From IMG/VR virus record IMGVR_UViG_2877251553_000008: a stretch of DNA of 52,923 nucleotides; one strand, written 5' to 3'. A program made the position numbers and the translations under genes. Origin of the DNA: a virus (Duplodnaviria > Heunggongvirae > Uroviricota > Caudoviricetes). Under the pieces are notes generated by a model. That model ran no database searches. It saw only the letters and a program-made list of their open reading frames with translations, and was not told the origin of the DNA. Position 1 is the stretch's first letter. Each line of letters starts with the position of its first letter. Positions 21,909 through 33,205 of this stretch are shown here, piece by piece.

Positions 21909-22269
21909 AAACGGCCATTCCGCTCCTGACCATGTCTTTTGCCACTGAGGGGGGCATCAGAATTACTCTGCCAGCATCAACATGCTCAACAGGCTCACCT
22001 GTTTCATCGTCAACACCGCACAGGTAAAAACACTTCAGAAGCCTGATACGTTCCAGAATACCAACGTCATCCTCACCGGTGTGCCTGCATGCCTGCTCAT
22101 GAACGGTATCATCAACATCTGCGATTTCATTTTCCGAGGCGCAAATCTCCTCTTCCCACTCTGCCACACGCTGTGCGATATCCGCAGCACTCCCCGACAT
22201 ATCCGCCTCGCGCCCCAGCAGACCAGCCAGTTCACGAAGACGTTTCTGATTTTCTTCTTTTGTTGCCAT
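21901..22269 (-). CDS. FI: DNA packaging protein FI-like
   Basis: 122-aa acidic ORF placed between E and FII; assigned by position and composition, sequence similarity to lambda FI weak. Confidence 0.55.
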   Translation of the reverse strand: MATKEENQKRLRELAGLLGREADMSGSAADIAQRVAEWEEEICASENEIADVDDTVHEQACRHTGEDDVGILERIRLLKCFYLCGVDDETGEPVEHVDAGRVILMPPSVAKDMVRSGMAVYA

Positions 22270-22318
22270 ATCCAGCTCCCTGTGAAAAAAACACGGGGCA
22301 TTTCGCCCCGCTCACGGA

Positions 22319-23346
22319 TTATTTCACCTGTACCACCACAAACTCATCCGGATCCGGCAGCACCATCAGCGGCGCGGACTGCGTCATGGTGAATTCACAG
22401 GACGGATCGCCCACGGTCAGCCAGTGTTTCGGGTAACGGGAAGAAGCCACCACTCCTTCAGACAACGCCTGTGCATCCTTAATGGCTCCATAGCAACGAA
22501 TCCCCTCTGCTGCCGTATTCCCCAGCACCAGCGTGCCCTCCGGCAGATAACGTTTTTCGGTACCGTCCTCTGCCACATAAGACGTTTTCGCTACCGCAAT
22601 GACCAGATCGCCGTAATACCCTTGAAGGATACCACTGCGCCCAGATCTTTCACTGCCGTTTCGAGTTGTGAATTTGAACCGCGACGGGTATCCATTTTTT
22701 CGCGGAAAAGCTTAAAGCCATTCAGCAGACGCCAGACGGTACCGTCCATAATGGCAATATTCACAAGACCACTGGCCTGATCACAGAAAAGGTCGATATC
22801 ATATGTCGGGTCGAACGTGTCACGATCCTGTTTTGACCACTCCTTACCGCTACCTTGTATGATGTTATTCTTCGTCGATCGGCCAAAATCGACTTCAATT
22901 TTCTCGAACTGGTCTCCTTCCATCGTATATTTGCCATACAGCACGGCATTCACCGCCTGCATTTCTTCCACCTGCACAATAGCGTGCTCTTCCTGTTTGA
23001 GGTTATCAGTGATGATACGCAGACGACGGTAGGCCGGGTCGTTCAGCTGAGCCGGATCTTCACCGGGAAGGCGCTCAACCGCCTGCTGGTAATTAAATTC
23101 GTGTTTGGGCTTGACGTAGCCCGGACGCAACACGCGGGTTTCACCACCACGATGGCGCAGCACTTTTCCTTCAACGATCGGGGAGACATAGGCCGCCACC
23201 GGCGTTTTTCCGGTAATTTTGTCCAGCATCACCTCTTCGGTGTGGAAATTCACCGTACGGCGGAAAAACAGCTCCAGAAATAGCGCACGGAATTTAACTT
23301 TTTGTTCGGTATAACTGAGTAACTGGCGGGTCGTAAACAATCCCAT
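22319..23346 (-). pseudogene. E: major capsid protein E, frameshifted near 22580
   Basis: 251-aa piece MGLFTTRQLLSYTEQKVKFRALFLELFFRR...RRGSNSQLETAVKDLGA and 85-aa piece ...EGTLVLGNTAAEGIRCYGAIKDAQA...PLMVLPDPDEFVVVQVK match lambda E N- and C-terminal parts. Confidence 0.85.
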
Positions 23347-23403
23347 AAATCAGTTCCTTTCATTCAGAAATCAGTCAGGCCACCATGGTGGCCTGATAAC
23401 GTG

Positions 23404-23751
23404 TTACGGCAGAGCCGCGTGACTCAGGGCGGTGCCGGCAAAGGCATTTGCCTTTTTGTGTTCATCCACACTGTCAGGCCAGCGGATTGCCTCCGTCGCA
23501 AAGGTCCCCGACTTGTAATAGGTCAGCACCGTCTCTGTGCCTTCAAGCGGCAGTACCAGTATGCCAACCGCACTACCGGCTTTCTGTCCATCCCAGACCA
23601 CCAGTTTCCCGGTGGCTTCATCCAGCATCAGGGGCGTCAGAGCCGGTGTTGCAGAAGAAATCCCGCTGCTGCCTGTGGCGGTATGAGCCGGATCATTACC
23701 AGCAAAAATACGTACTTCCGCACGCTGTTCAGTGATGGTTTTCGTCACCAT
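23404..23751 (-). CDS. D: head decoration protein D
   Basis: 115-aa ORF ...NDPAHTATGSSGISSATPALTPLMLDEATGKLVVWDG...YKSGTF matches lambda D. Confidence 0.85.
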   Translation of the reverse strand: MVTKTITEQRAEVRIFAGNDPAHTATGSSGISSATPALTPLMLDEATGKLVVWDGQKAGSAVGILVLPLEGTETVLTYYKSGTFATEAIRWPDSVDEHKKANAFAGTALSHAALP

Positions 23752-23787
23752 TTTGTTAAAACCTCATATTGATGGTCAGCACTGACT

Positions 23788-25292
23788 TCATGGCATGGCC
23801 ATGAGCATTTTCACGTCCGCATCACCGTCTGCTGACGTCTGTGACACGCCACCCCGCACCGCTGCCGGTGAATGATTCGCCATGAAATGTTCAAACAGGG
23901 CGGTTGTGGATGCAGAGACCGGTTCTGCCTTACCTGATCCCGCAGCCAGCACAGCCCGGGCGCTCTCCACGGTCATTCCCGGGCAGGCAGCCAGCTGTTC
24001 AGCCTGCGCCTCAGCCCCTTTTGCCTCATCCAGTGCCATGATCTGATCACGGAGTGATGGTCCGGCATTCGCCTGCGGTGAAGCAGCCAGGATCGGGCGG
24101 GCTTTTTCCACCGTCATCTCCGGCATCGCCGCCAGCGTTGCTGCCAGTTGTTCACGACCGTTCGCTTCTTCACACGCCATAATGCGATCGGCTTCACTCT
24201 GCGCGGATGCCACCGGCTGCTGCGGTGCCGCCGCGGCCAGAATCGCCCGGGCCTGTTCAACGCTCATGCCCTGTTGCCCTGCCAGCATCGTGGCAAGCTG
24301 TTCACGTCCTTTCGCTTCCTGGCATGTCAGGATCCCCATCACTCGCTGGTTCTCCTGCACGGCGGCTTCCGTTGCAGTTAATTGCGGCATAGTGCCTCCT
24401 CTGACATTACTGTTCAGCGCCGTGGCCATCACACTGATGGCATCCGACGCATTGATTAATTCATCCGCCAGCCCGGCCTCAATGCCGGACTGACCTTCAA
24501 AAACGGCGGCCTCTGTTCCCGTGACCGCATCCACAGACAACCCGGTATACATCGCCACTTTTTCGGCAAACATCCGGTGCGCCGCATCAATCCGCTGCTG
24601 CATATCCTGGCGAACCTCTGCCGGCAACGCTTCAAACTGATTGCCATCCACCTTGTGCGCCCCGGCATAAATCAGCGTGATATCCACACCGGCCTGCGCC
24701 AGATGACCGGCATAGCTGACATGGCTCATCATCACGCCAATGGAGCCGATACGGGATGTCTGGGTAACCAGCCGTCGGGAGCAGGCCGACGCCAGCAGCA
24801 TGGCTGCAGAACAGGCCGTGTCATTGCACAGTGCCCAGACCGGCTTCTGCTGACGGAGGCGGTAAATCATGTCAGCGCAGTCAAACGCGCCGGCGGCCTG
24901 CCCACCCGGACTGTCAATGTCCAGCAGTATGCCCCGCACCTGGCTATCTGCCATTGCCTGCTGAAGACAGGCGACAATGCCGTCATAGCCAGTCATTCCG
25001 GAAAATGGCCGCATCCCCCCAGCCGGTGCACCAGCGTGCCGGTCACCGGCAGTACCGCAATACCGTTCACCACCCGGTAAACACGGGCCGGTCGTTTACC
25101 TCCGGCCATGTACTCGTCCGTTTCAGCCAGCATTCCGGGAGCATCAAGCTGTACCTGCTGTTGTGGTACCGAAAGACTTGCTGCGCCCATCTCGCGCCCG
25201 AGCGCGCAAAAGAAAACCCGCGCATAGGCGGGCTCCAGAAGCAGCGGTTCATTGAATGCTGCGGCAATAATGTGTGAAAGATTACGTCTCAC
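23788..25292 (-). pseudogene. C: capsid assembly protease C (S49/ClpP-like; Nu3 scaffold in frame), frameshifted near 25000
   Basis: N-terminal piece ...AAFNEPLLLEPAYARVFFCAL... and 408-aa piece ...GILLDIDSPGGQAAGAFDCADMIYRLR...RLVTQTSRIGSIGVM match lambda C. Confidence 0.85.
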
Positions 25293-26874
25293 GTGGTGTT
25301 GTCTCCTCTTCCGGCCTGCGACTCTCCGCTATCTGCTGCTGATACGCCTGCGCTATCCACACCGGACGTGAGAGTCCGGCTTTTTCCCGCTCTGCAGATT
25401 CCCTGACCTGCTGGCGGAAAATGTCCTGATAATCCTCGCCCATCAGCGCCAGCTCTTTCTCATACGTGCTCAGTCCGGCCTCAATGCGCATCACTGATTC
25501 CTGAACCTCCTTGAGCCCGTCAATGGCCATTCTTCCGGCTCCAATCCACTCAGCCCGTGACCAGGCTGATCGCGCCTGATAAAAATCAAAACGTGCCCGT
25601 GGCGGACGAATAATCCCCCGAAGAAGTGCCTCTTCCAGCCAGCAGGAAAACATCTGCGTGGCCAGCCGGGACGCAATAAATTTTCGCCGCCCCATAAAAT
25701 AGCGCCACGACTCATTGGCGGATGCGCGGGCACTTGAATAACTGACCTTCGAGTAATCACGGGACAACTGTTCGTAGGAAACGCCAAGACCGGCGGCGAT
25801 ATACCGCAGCAGCGCCTGTTCAAGCGCCGAAAATCCATTGTCTGAATCCTGCGCGGTCTGAAGTTTCAGATCATCACCGGGGAAAAGGTGCGGAATTTTG
25901 ACACCGCCCAGCGTCACGCTATTCGTGTCATACCAGGTGGAGAACTTATCCAGAATATTAATAAGCGGATTATCCTTCTGCCCCTGCGGCGCACCGGCGA
26001 TATATTCAAAGGCCTTTTCGGTATCAAGGTCACTTTCAATCGTCGCTGCATACATCGCCTTCACTATGGCCGACTGAAGCTGTGTTGCCTGCAGGGAATC
26101 CAGCATCTTCAGCCGTTCCATAACGCTGTAAAACTGATTGGCTCCACGGGTCTGCCCGTCCTCCACCGGCTCGAAAATATGCAGCATGGCCGGACGCCCG
26201 GTGGGTAGTTCACGCGGGATCCGTTCCCATCGTCCACTCCCGGAGCGAGGAAAATCATCCTCACAGATATGGTACGCAACGGCACGGCCATATCGATCAA
26301 CCTCCACACCAGCCCGCAGAAAACGGTTCCCCATACCGTGTCCTGGCGTGTCCACCCGTTTCGGACTCACGGCTTTAAAACGCGTACGAAACAGTTGCGT
26401 ACTCTCCGTATCCCAGACCGGCTGCACAAAGATTTCGCCGTTAAACGCATGAACGCCCACACCTTCACGGATAAATTCCGTAAACGTGCGTTTCCCTTCC
26501 ACGTCGATCTCACCAAACATCCCTTCTGCGTATTCTGACCAGGCCGCCTCCACCTCATCGACAAAACTTTTTGCCGCGGTCTCCCGCATCCCCAGCCAGC
26601 GCCAGTTCGGACGGTAGCTAATCAGAAACATATGCCCGACAATGTGATCCTTATGCAGTGCCACCGCATTGGCCGCTATTCCGTTATTGCGCACCAGATC
26701 ATCTGCACGGGCATTCCCCAGACGCAACGCGGGCAGCAGGGCCGCATCGGCACTCTGCGAGGGTGGCAACCACTCTGCCATTTGCCCGCCAAATCCTGCA
26801 CCGCCACCGGTGTAGCTGAGGCTCTCCCGAAGCGGAACGCCGTTCACATCAATCAGGACAGGCGTTCGTTTCAT
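25282..26874 (-). CDS. B: portal protein B
   Basis: 530-aa ORF MKRTPVLIDVNGVPLRESLSYTGGGAGFGGQMAEW... in the lambda B position. Confidence 0.9.
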   Translation of the reverse strand: MKRTPVLIDVNGVPLRESLSYTGGGAGFGGQMAEWLPPSQSADAALLPALRLGNARADDLVRNNGIAANAVALHKDHIVGHMFLISYRPNWRWLGMRETAAKSFVDEVEAAWSEYAEGMFGEIDVEGKRTFTEFIREGVGVHAFNGEIFVQPVWDTESTQLFRTRFKAVSPKRVDTPGHGMGNRFLRAGVEVDRYGRAVAYHICEDDFPRSGSGRWERIPRELPTGRPAMLHIFEPVEDGQTRGANQFYSVMERLKMLDSLQATQLQSAIVKAMYAATIESDLDTEKAFEYIAGAPQGQKDNPLINILDKFSTWYDTNSVTLGGVKIPHLFPGDDLKLQTAQDSDNGFSALEQALLRYIAAGLGVSYEQLSRDYSKVSYSSARASANESWRYFMGRRKFIASRLATQMFSCWLEEALLRGIIRPPRARFDFYQARSAWSRAEWIGAGRMAIDGLKEVQESVMRIEAGLSTYEKELALMGEDYQDIFRQQVRESAEREKAGLSRPVWIAQAYQQQIAESRRPEEETTPRET

Positions 26875-27077
26875 AACCTCACTCCCAGCGGACGACGGCG
26901 ACGGCGGGTTGTCCCCAGTACCGACTCCGCATCATTGATCGCCCGGTTAAGCTCATCCAGAGAAGCTGCCGTATATTCAATTCTGCGACCATCTTTCTGG
27001 ACAGACACCACCCGTTTACCGGTTAATAAATCAAGGCGCGCCTGACGCAGCGCCTGCAGTTCAGCGACTGTAACCAT
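26871..27077 (-). CDS. W: head-tail joining protein W
   Basis: 68-aa ORF MVTVAELQALRQARLDLLTGKRVVSVQKDGRRIEYTAASLDELNRAINDAES. Confidence 0.9.
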   Translation of the reverse strand: MVTVAELQALRQARLDLLTGKRVVSVQKDGRRIEYTAASLDELNRAINDAESVLGTTRRRRRPLGVRL

Positions 27078-29030
27078 TCACTCCTCCGGACAGCTTCGCT
27101 GCCAGTTCTTTAAGGGTTGGCCGGGTCGTCTCTTCTTCCCGGGATTTTGCCAGTACAGCCAGATCAAGCTGCCAGCGTTGCACGGACACACGTAATGCCG
27201 CGTAGGCATACACCAGGCAGTCCAGCGCTTCGTTACGCCGCTTTTTGTTATCCCACAGCAGACGCATCTTTCCTTTTTCCCACTTCTCCACAAGCTCTTC
27301 CGCCACCAGTTGCTGCGCCTCTGTCTGCGAAAAAATCTCCGGATCATCAGGAAAACGGATGGCATACGACGTGGCTTCATCCACAGGCGTGGGATCGGCT
27401 TTCATACGGGCATAGAGAATTTCTTTTGCGGTGTCCGTCCCCACTTCACACAGATACACGCCCCGCTGATTGCGGGTTTTTGGCATGGTGATCACCGGCT
27501 TGCCATAGACAGATGCGCCTTTTACCGGCAGCACCCGGAAAACACCGTGTTTTTTTGACCTCTGATAAACGATTTCGCCATCAATCCCCCGATGTCCCAG
27601 CAGACACGGGAAATAGTCATTTCGGTTCCGTCTGCATGGCGGTATTTTTTGTTGATCGCCGCATCCACACGTAATAGCGTCTCTTCCTCATCGGGACGCC
27701 CCATAATGATGATTTTATCCACCAGAAAGGCTTCCTCTCCCGGAGCCCATCCCCAGACATACATCTCAAAACGGTTTCGCTGCGAGTCAATGCCCGCCGT
27801 CAGATAAACCACCCGGGCAGGCACCGCCGTCGTGTAACGCACAACCTTATCCATCAGTACCTGGTGATCGAGTTTTTCGCCCACGGCCTCTTCCCAGGTC
27901 TCGCCCAGCGTGGTGTTCACAAAGGTTTTCAGGCCGTTGGGATCTTTCAGTGCATCCAGCCAGTCATAGACAATCTGTACCCAGGTGGTGAACGGACTGT
28001 ACGCCGTCCAGATATGGAAAGTGATGGAGCGCGGCGGCGGAATTTCATCACCCCGGGCGCTGAAAAACATCAGGCCGTCACGGGTCCACATGCCCGTGTT
28101 TTCACAGATCCACCGCCCGTTACTCTGGTCAAGCTCAGACTGATGGATCACACAGCCATGATGCTCACAAAGGTAGAAAACACTTTCTGGCTTATTCTTC
28201 TCCCACTTAAGACCGAAAGGCGAGGCATCATCGCCAAATTTCAGATACTGCTCCTCCCCACAGTGCGGACAGGGCACATAAAAACGCATGAAGTGTGCCG
28301 ACTCGTTAGCGGCTTTTTCGATCTGGCAGGAGCCTTTGATTTTAGGCGTCGAGCCGCGAATGGATTTTGGCCATACAGAGCCCTCAATACGTTTATCCCC
28401 CAGCAGGGTTGACGAACCCTCTTTTTCAACATCCGGTTCGAACGAGGAAAGCTCGTCATAACAGACCACATCCACGGATTTTTCACGGTAGTTTTTTGCT
28501 GCCGCACCACCCAGACACCAGAACCCCACACCGGAGGAAAAACGCTTCAGGGTGAGCGTATTATCGCGGTGTTTTCTTCCGAACCATGGAGCCAGCTCCA
28601 GCAATGCAGGAACATCCCTTATCGTTGGCTCAACATGAGATTTCATAAAATCTTCAGCAGCTGAGTCCGTGGGCTGAAAAAGAAGGCTGTTGCGTGATTT
28701 ATGCTCAATAAAATAAGCCTCCACTCCCAGCAACATCTTTGTATAACCAACACGGGCAGATTTAATCAGGTTAACCGTGCGAATCAGATCGTTGCCCATA
28801 CAGTTCATGATGCCAACCTGAAACGGCAGTGTTTCCCACCGCCCCGGGGTATAAGACGACTCTTTAGGAAGGTAATAATGTTTATTGGCCCACTGAACTG
28901 TCGTCAGTGGAACAGGAATAATGAGAGATAAAAGCCCTGTAGCTATCGCACCGGCTGCATTAGCTGCCTTCTGCGCGTCTGAAATCATCGATCCATCCGC
29001 CCACGTTTTCACCGGCCTTAGCTGAAACAT
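27061..29030 (-). pseudogene. A: terminase large subunit A, frameshifted near 27530
   Basis: 502-aa piece [27 protein letters not shown]... and 157-aa piece ...KGASVYGKPVITMPKTRNQRGVYLCEVGTDTAKE...WDNKKRRNEALDCLVYA match lambda A. Confidence 0.9.
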
Positions 29031-29508
29031 TGGAGGCTTTCGCGATTTCAGTTTTCACCACATCAAGGTGTGATGGTGAAATGTCCGGATATTTACGCTG
29101 TAATGTCAACGGCACACGCACAAGTATCCCCGAAATCTCCTGTGCCACACGTTGCAGAATGAAGGTAAACAGTTCAGTTTCCAGCACTACTCCGTCTTCA
29201 CGGGCATTTTTCAGTTCCTGCGCATCTGCCTGCACTTTTGTGAGCCGGTAGCGTTCATAGTCAATGGTGCCGGGTTGTAAATCTGACTCCGCTGCCGCAC
29301 GCAAATCGTCCAGTTCTTTGCGGAGCTTTTCGTTTTCGATATCAGTTTCCCTCTGCGCATACCACTGAATTGCCATGGCAGTATCAAATACAGATTCAAT
29401 GCCCTTACTACCTTTGGAGGCGCAAGGGAGTCCCTGAGACTGCCAGCGTTCAATCGTCCGCGGGTCCACGTTGAAAATTTCGGCAAGCCTCTTTTTATTA
29501 ACCTTCAT
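28960..29508 (-). CDS. Nu1: terminase small subunit Nu1
   Basis: 182-aa [36 protein letters not shown]...[30 protein letters not shown] matches lambda Nu1. Confidence 0.9.
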   Translation of the reverse strand: MKVNKKRLAEIFNVDPRTIERWQSQGLPCASKGSKGIESVFDTAMAIQWYAQRETDIENEKLRKELDDLRAAAESDLQPGTIDYERYRLTKVQADAQELKNAREDGVVLETELFTFILQRVAQEISGILVRVPLTLQRKYPDISPSHLDVVKTEIAKASNVSAKAGENVGGWIDDFRRAEGS

Positions 29509-29684
29509 GAAAACAACCCATTATCAAATACAAGGCCCGACATGAAAACGCCAGAAAAAGGCATTTTCGGACACTTTCATGTCGGACCTTTACGGATGCA
29601 ATATTAAAAAAAACAAAAAGTTATATTCGAGAAGTACCGACACGATTTTCCCTGAAAAATTTTCATAAATAGTGAAAAACCGCG

Positions 29685-29696
29685 AGGTCGCCGCCC
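29685..29696 (-). other. cos cohesive-end site (cosN) with lambda-type cosB/cosQ flanks
   Basis: Reverse complement of 29685-29696 is GGGCGGCGACCT (lambda 12-nt cohesive end), followed on the minus strand by CGCGG..TTTCACTATTTATGAAAATTTT and preceded by ..GCGGGTCCTTTCCGGCGATCCGACAGGTTACG as at the lambda ends. Confidence 0.85.
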
Positions 29697-29895
29697 CGTA
29701 ACCTGTCGGATCGCCGGAAAGGACCCGCAAAATGATAATAATTATCATCTACATGTCACAACGTGCATCTACGCCATCAAACTACGTCAAATAATCAATT
29801 ATGACGCAGGTATCGTATTAATTGATCTGCATCAACTTAACGTAAAAACAACTTCAGACAATACAAATCAGCGACACTGAATACGGGGCAACCTC

Positions 29896-30090
29896 ATGTC
29901 AACGAAGAACAGAACCCGCAGAACAACAACCCGCAACATCCGCTTTCCTAACCAAATGATTGAACAAATTAACATCGCTCTTGAGCAAAAAGGGTCCGGG
30001 AATTTCTCAGCCTGGGTCATTGAAGCCTGCCGTCGGAGACTAACGTCAGAAAAGAGAGCATATACATCAATCCAAAGTGATGATGAATAA
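29896..30090 (+). CDS. YlcI-like small ribbon-helix-helix protein (DUF3950-type)
   Basis: 64-aa ORF with RHH-like pattern NIRFPNQMIEQINIALEQKGSGNFSAWVIEACRRRL; sits opposite the late genes between cos and the lysis cassette, as ylcI does in DLP12. Confidence 0.6.
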   Translation: MSTKNRTRRTTTRNIRFPNQMIEQINIALEQKGSGNFSAWVIEACRRRLTSEKRAYTSIQSDDE

Positions 30091-30283
30091 ACATCCCGGT
30101 TTCTTCCACCATCGCACCGGACAGGCGACTATGAGGGGACAACGCCGCGCTCCGTTAACGCGGTAAACCCCGGTGTGTATCGTTTTTGATTATCCCCGCA
30201 CACTCGCGCAGAGGAGTCTCCCTGTCGGGCTGCGGTCTCTGTTAATGAGGGAATACAGCGACGATACGGCGCATCAACAAAAC

Positions 30284-30750
30284 TTATTTCAGGCACTGAG
30301 TACGGATATATTCCTGCGCCCCTTCCAGTTGCTTCTGCATCGTCATCAGCCGCTCTCTGAGGGTGAAATAATCCCGTGTAACGGTGTCTGCCAGTCGGGG
30401 CCGGTTGCATTATCCACGCGGGCGGTGCCGGTGGCTTCACGCACGGGACCTGGACAGGTGGCGTTGATACGCAGGCGCTTACGACCAGCGGCAACGTCAG
30501 CGCGAAGAGTTTCATTTTCAGCTCTCGCATCGGCTAATTCCCTCGAGTATTTTGCATCGAGCGCAGCAACATCACGCTGACGCATCTGCATGTCAGTAAT
30601 TGCCGCGTTCGCCAGCTTCAGTTCTCTGACATTTTTGTCGCGCTGGGCTTTGTAGGTAATGGCGTTATCACGGTAATGATTCAGCCCCAGACTAAGCGCA
30701 CCACAGGCCACCAGCAGGGCAATGATGACCACGCACAGTACGCGGTTCAT
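30284..30750 (-). pseudogene. Rz: i-spanin Rz, frameshifted at 30397-30400
   Basis: [40 protein letters not shown]...VDNATGP then frame change; C-terminus [35 protein letters not shown] readable in the third frame. Confidence 0.8.
30346..30530 (-). pseudogene. Rz1: o-spanin Rz1, embedded in Rz in another frame, hit by the same frameshift
   Basis: N-terminus [22 protein letters not shown]...[15 protein letters not shown] in one frame; C-terminus [16 protein letters not shown] in the Rz frame; a single missing C in a C-run reconciles both genes. Confidence 0.7.
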
Positions 30751-30751
30751 T

Positions 30752-30850
30752 TCACCACCAGCGTATCTGACCGATGAAATAACCGGAGGCCATAATCACA
30801 AACACCAGCCAGATAAGAATGAACTTCCAGGTGGATAATTTTTCAGCCAT
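30752..30850 (-). CDS. candidate 32-aa single-pass membrane peptide between endolysin and Rz
   Basis: GGGAGA-N8-ATG start; [32 protein letters not shown]; stop TGA overlaps the Rz ATG (coupling); a longer 72-aa GTG-initiated version runs through a hairpin. Confidence 0.3.
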   Translation of the reverse strand: MAEKLSTWKFILIWLVFVIMASGYFIGQIRWW

Positions 30851-30925
30851 CACTCGAATCTCCCGAATCAGTTTGCTAAAATCAAACACACTTTCTCCTT
30901 TGACTTTTCCAGAGTCAGGAAACAC

Positions 30926-30958
30926 AAAACCCGCTTGCAGCCAACAAACGGGTTTTTT
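30926..30958. terminator. hairpin with T-rich flanks between R and Rz (possible bidirectional terminator)
   Basis: AAAACCCG-cttgcagccaacaaa-CGGGTTTTTT on the plus strand; the reverse complement is likewise followed by TTTTGTGTTT. Confidence 0.35.
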
Positions 30959-31047
30959 ACTTTTATTCACTTAGTTTTTGTCAGTTCGCAGGATTTCGTG
31001 TTATCCGTCCGTGTAAGCAAACCGCATTTTTCAGCAAAATATTCTGC

Positions 31048-31581
31048 TTATCTGTCGATACCCCAGCACGCCAGCGCGCTCTCCTGGTCACGACGGGATA
31101 CCTGACCGTAGCAGTTGTTTGAACGAATACGGCAGTCTCTGCCACCGTCCTTAATCCACCAGCGAATCGCCTCACACGCTCCCCTGCGATCACCTGCATT
31201 AATTCGTTTATAAAACGTCGACGGGAAACACTTACCGGGACCAATGTTGTACGGACAGAATGACGCGATCCCCGCTTTCTGGGGTTCGCTCAATGGCACT
31301 CTGATGTTTTTCTCCACCCATGCCAGCGCCTTATCACGCTCAATGGCGTTAACCCGGTCGCATTTTTCCTTCGACAACTTCATGCCCGGAACGACAGGTT
31401 TGCCATCCACCAGGATGGCACCGCGGCAGATGGTCCAGATACCCGCGCCATCACGGTATGCCGTGGTGTGGTTACCTTCCTTTTCATCCAGAAACTGGTC
31501 GAGAATGTCAGGCGCAGGCGCACCAGCGGCAATCAGCGCCAGAACGGCAGCCGACAGGCCGTATTTGATTTTGGTGTTCAT
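31048..31581 (-). CDS. R: SAR endolysin (phage lysozyme, GH24-type) R
   Basis: 177-aa ORF with N-terminal signal-anchor-release segment (YGLSAAVLALIAAGAPA) followed by a lysozyme domain (EGNHTTAYRDGAGIWTICRG...). Confidence 0.85.
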   Translation of the reverse strand: MNTKIKYGLSAAVLALIAAGAPAPDILDQFLDEKEGNHTTAYRDGAGIWTICRGAILVDGKPVVPGMKLSKEKCDRVNAIERDKALAWVEKNIRVPLSEPQKAGIASFCPYNIGPGKCFPSTFYKRINAGDRRGACEAIRWWIKDGGRDCRIRSNNCYGQVSRRDQESALACWGIDR

Positions 31582-31784
31582 GGATATATTAAATATTCAG
31601 CCGCTGTCCCTGGCCCACTAAATACGCACTTTAAGATAAGTCAGCCCCGGATGAAGCCAGTAAGCCGGCACTTTTTTAAAGGGTGGAGTATTAAAATCAC
31701 GAAGAAGAGCCTCCCGCACAATTGCATCCGGTAATGCTGCCAACTTACTGATTTAGTGTATGATGGTGATTTTAAGGTGCTTGC

Positions 31785-32060
31785 GTGGCTTCCATTTCCA
31801 TCAGATGTCCTTCCTGCTCCGCTACTGAAGGCGTGGTGCGTAACGGCAAAAGCACTGCCGGACATCAGCGCTATCTCTGCTCTCATTGCCGTAAAACATG
31901 GCAACTACAGTTCACTTACACCGCCTCTCAGCCCGGTACGCACCAGAAAATCATTGATATGGCCATGAATGGCGTCGGATGTCGCGCCAGTGCACGCATT
32001 ATGGGCGTTGGCCTCAACACGGTTTTACGTCACTTAAAAAACTCAGGCCGCAGTCGGTAA
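31785..32060 (+). CDS. insA: IS1 InsA
   Basis: 91-aa [43 protein letters not shown]... Confidence 0.95.
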   Translation: MASISIRCPSCSATEGVVRNGKSTAGHQRYLCSHCRKTWQLQFTYTASQPGTHQKIIDMAMNGVGCRASARIMGVGLNTVLRHLKNSGRSR

Positions 32061-32482
32061 CCTCGCGCATACAACCGGGCAGTGATGTGATTGTCTGCGC
32101 TGAAATGGACGAACAGTGGGGCTACGTCGGTGCTAAATCACGTCAGCGCTGGCTGTTTTACGCGTATGACAGGATACGGAGGACGGTTGTGGCGCACGTC
32201 TTCGGTGAACGCACTCTGGCCACACTGGAGCGTCTTCTGAGCCTGCTGTCGGCCTTTGAGGTCGTGGTATGGATGACGGATGGCTGGCCGCTGTATGAAT
32301 CACGCCTGAAGGGAAAGCTGCACGTTATCAGCAAGCGTTACACTCAGCGCATTGAGCGACATAATCTGAATCTGAGACAACATCTGGCAAGGCTGGGACG
32401 GAAGTCACTGTCGTTCTCAAAATCGGTGGAGCTGCATGACAAGGTCATCGGGCATTATCTGAACATAAAACACTATCAGTAA
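31979..32482 (+). CDS. insB: IS1 InsB
   Basis: 167-aa ORF ...[37 protein letters not shown]...HYLNIKHYQ. Confidence 0.9.
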   Translation: MSRQCTHYGRWPQHGFTSLKKLRPQSVTSRIQPGSDVIVCAEMDEQWGYVGAKSRQRWLFYAYDRIRRTVVAHVFGERTLATLERLLSLLSAFEVVVWMTDGWPLYESRLKGKLHVISKRYTQRIERHNLNLRQHLARLGRKSLSFSKSVELHDKVIGHYLNIKHYQ

Positions 32483-33205
32483 GTTGGAGTCATTACCATT
32501 GCATCCTTATCAGCACCACTGGCCAGCGCTTCAATCTCAGCAGCTATCTGCAGATATCCCATGCAACGACCAATGCACTTCATCAGCCCCTGCTTTTTAT
32601 TGTTCTTCAGGTAATCAATGGCAAATTCAATGAGCGCCTCACTATGCTGGTGCGATGGCGGTGTTAATTTCCCATTTTCTGAGATGGTTATTTTCCCGCC
32701 ATCTCCGTATACAACAAAGGATGGCCGGTTACACTCCCATTCCTGATCTTTATCAGGTGCAGACGCAATAAAATAACGTTTATTTCCTTCCTCTCCGGCA
32801 CTTTTAACCGTAATGGAGTACTCAGACTGCAGACAAGACGCCTCTTTTTCTGACCGCAGTGTTGACGGCGGCATCTTCAGAGAACAAGTAATTATTCCCG
32901 GTAGTTTTCCTCTGTAGGTTATCAACACATCCTGCGCCTCTAAAATGATGGGGCGCTTTTCCTGCAACGGTTCGTTCCCTTCACATAACCCGGCAGCAAC
33001 ATCCATGAAAAACTGCTTCGCCTGCTTTTTCGCCTCCGCTTCGTAAAACTCCAGCTTGGCACCTTCAGTACGGTCAAGACTAATCGCCACATATGGCAAC
33101 AACAGTGACGGATACCCACCAATTTCCAGTGCCACAGTAACAGTAATCTTATCCGGGTAATTATTTATCCCTTTAACAACCAGTTCGTATTTTTTCTTCA
33201 TCACT

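Larger units (their letters stand above)
31730..32497 (+). mobile_element. IS1 (768 bp), copy B (variant isoform), with 9-bp target duplication ATTGCATCC
   Basis: Repeats GGTAATGCTGCCAACTTACTGAT ... AGTTGGAGTCATTACC; identical 9 bp at 31721-31729 and 32498-32506. Confidence 0.95.
31618..33201 (-). pseudogene. uncharacterised ~270-aa protein gene inside the lysis cassette (between pinholin and endolysin), interrupted by IS1
   Basis: 236 codons upstream of IS1 (MKKKYELVVKGINNYPDKITVTVALEIGGYP...ALASGADKDA) continue in frame after removing IS1 plus one target-duplication copy (..IVREALLRDFNTPPFKKVPAYWLHPGLTYLKVRI*); GGGGAGAG RBS overlaps the S stop; no match to a family I know. Confidence 0.6.
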
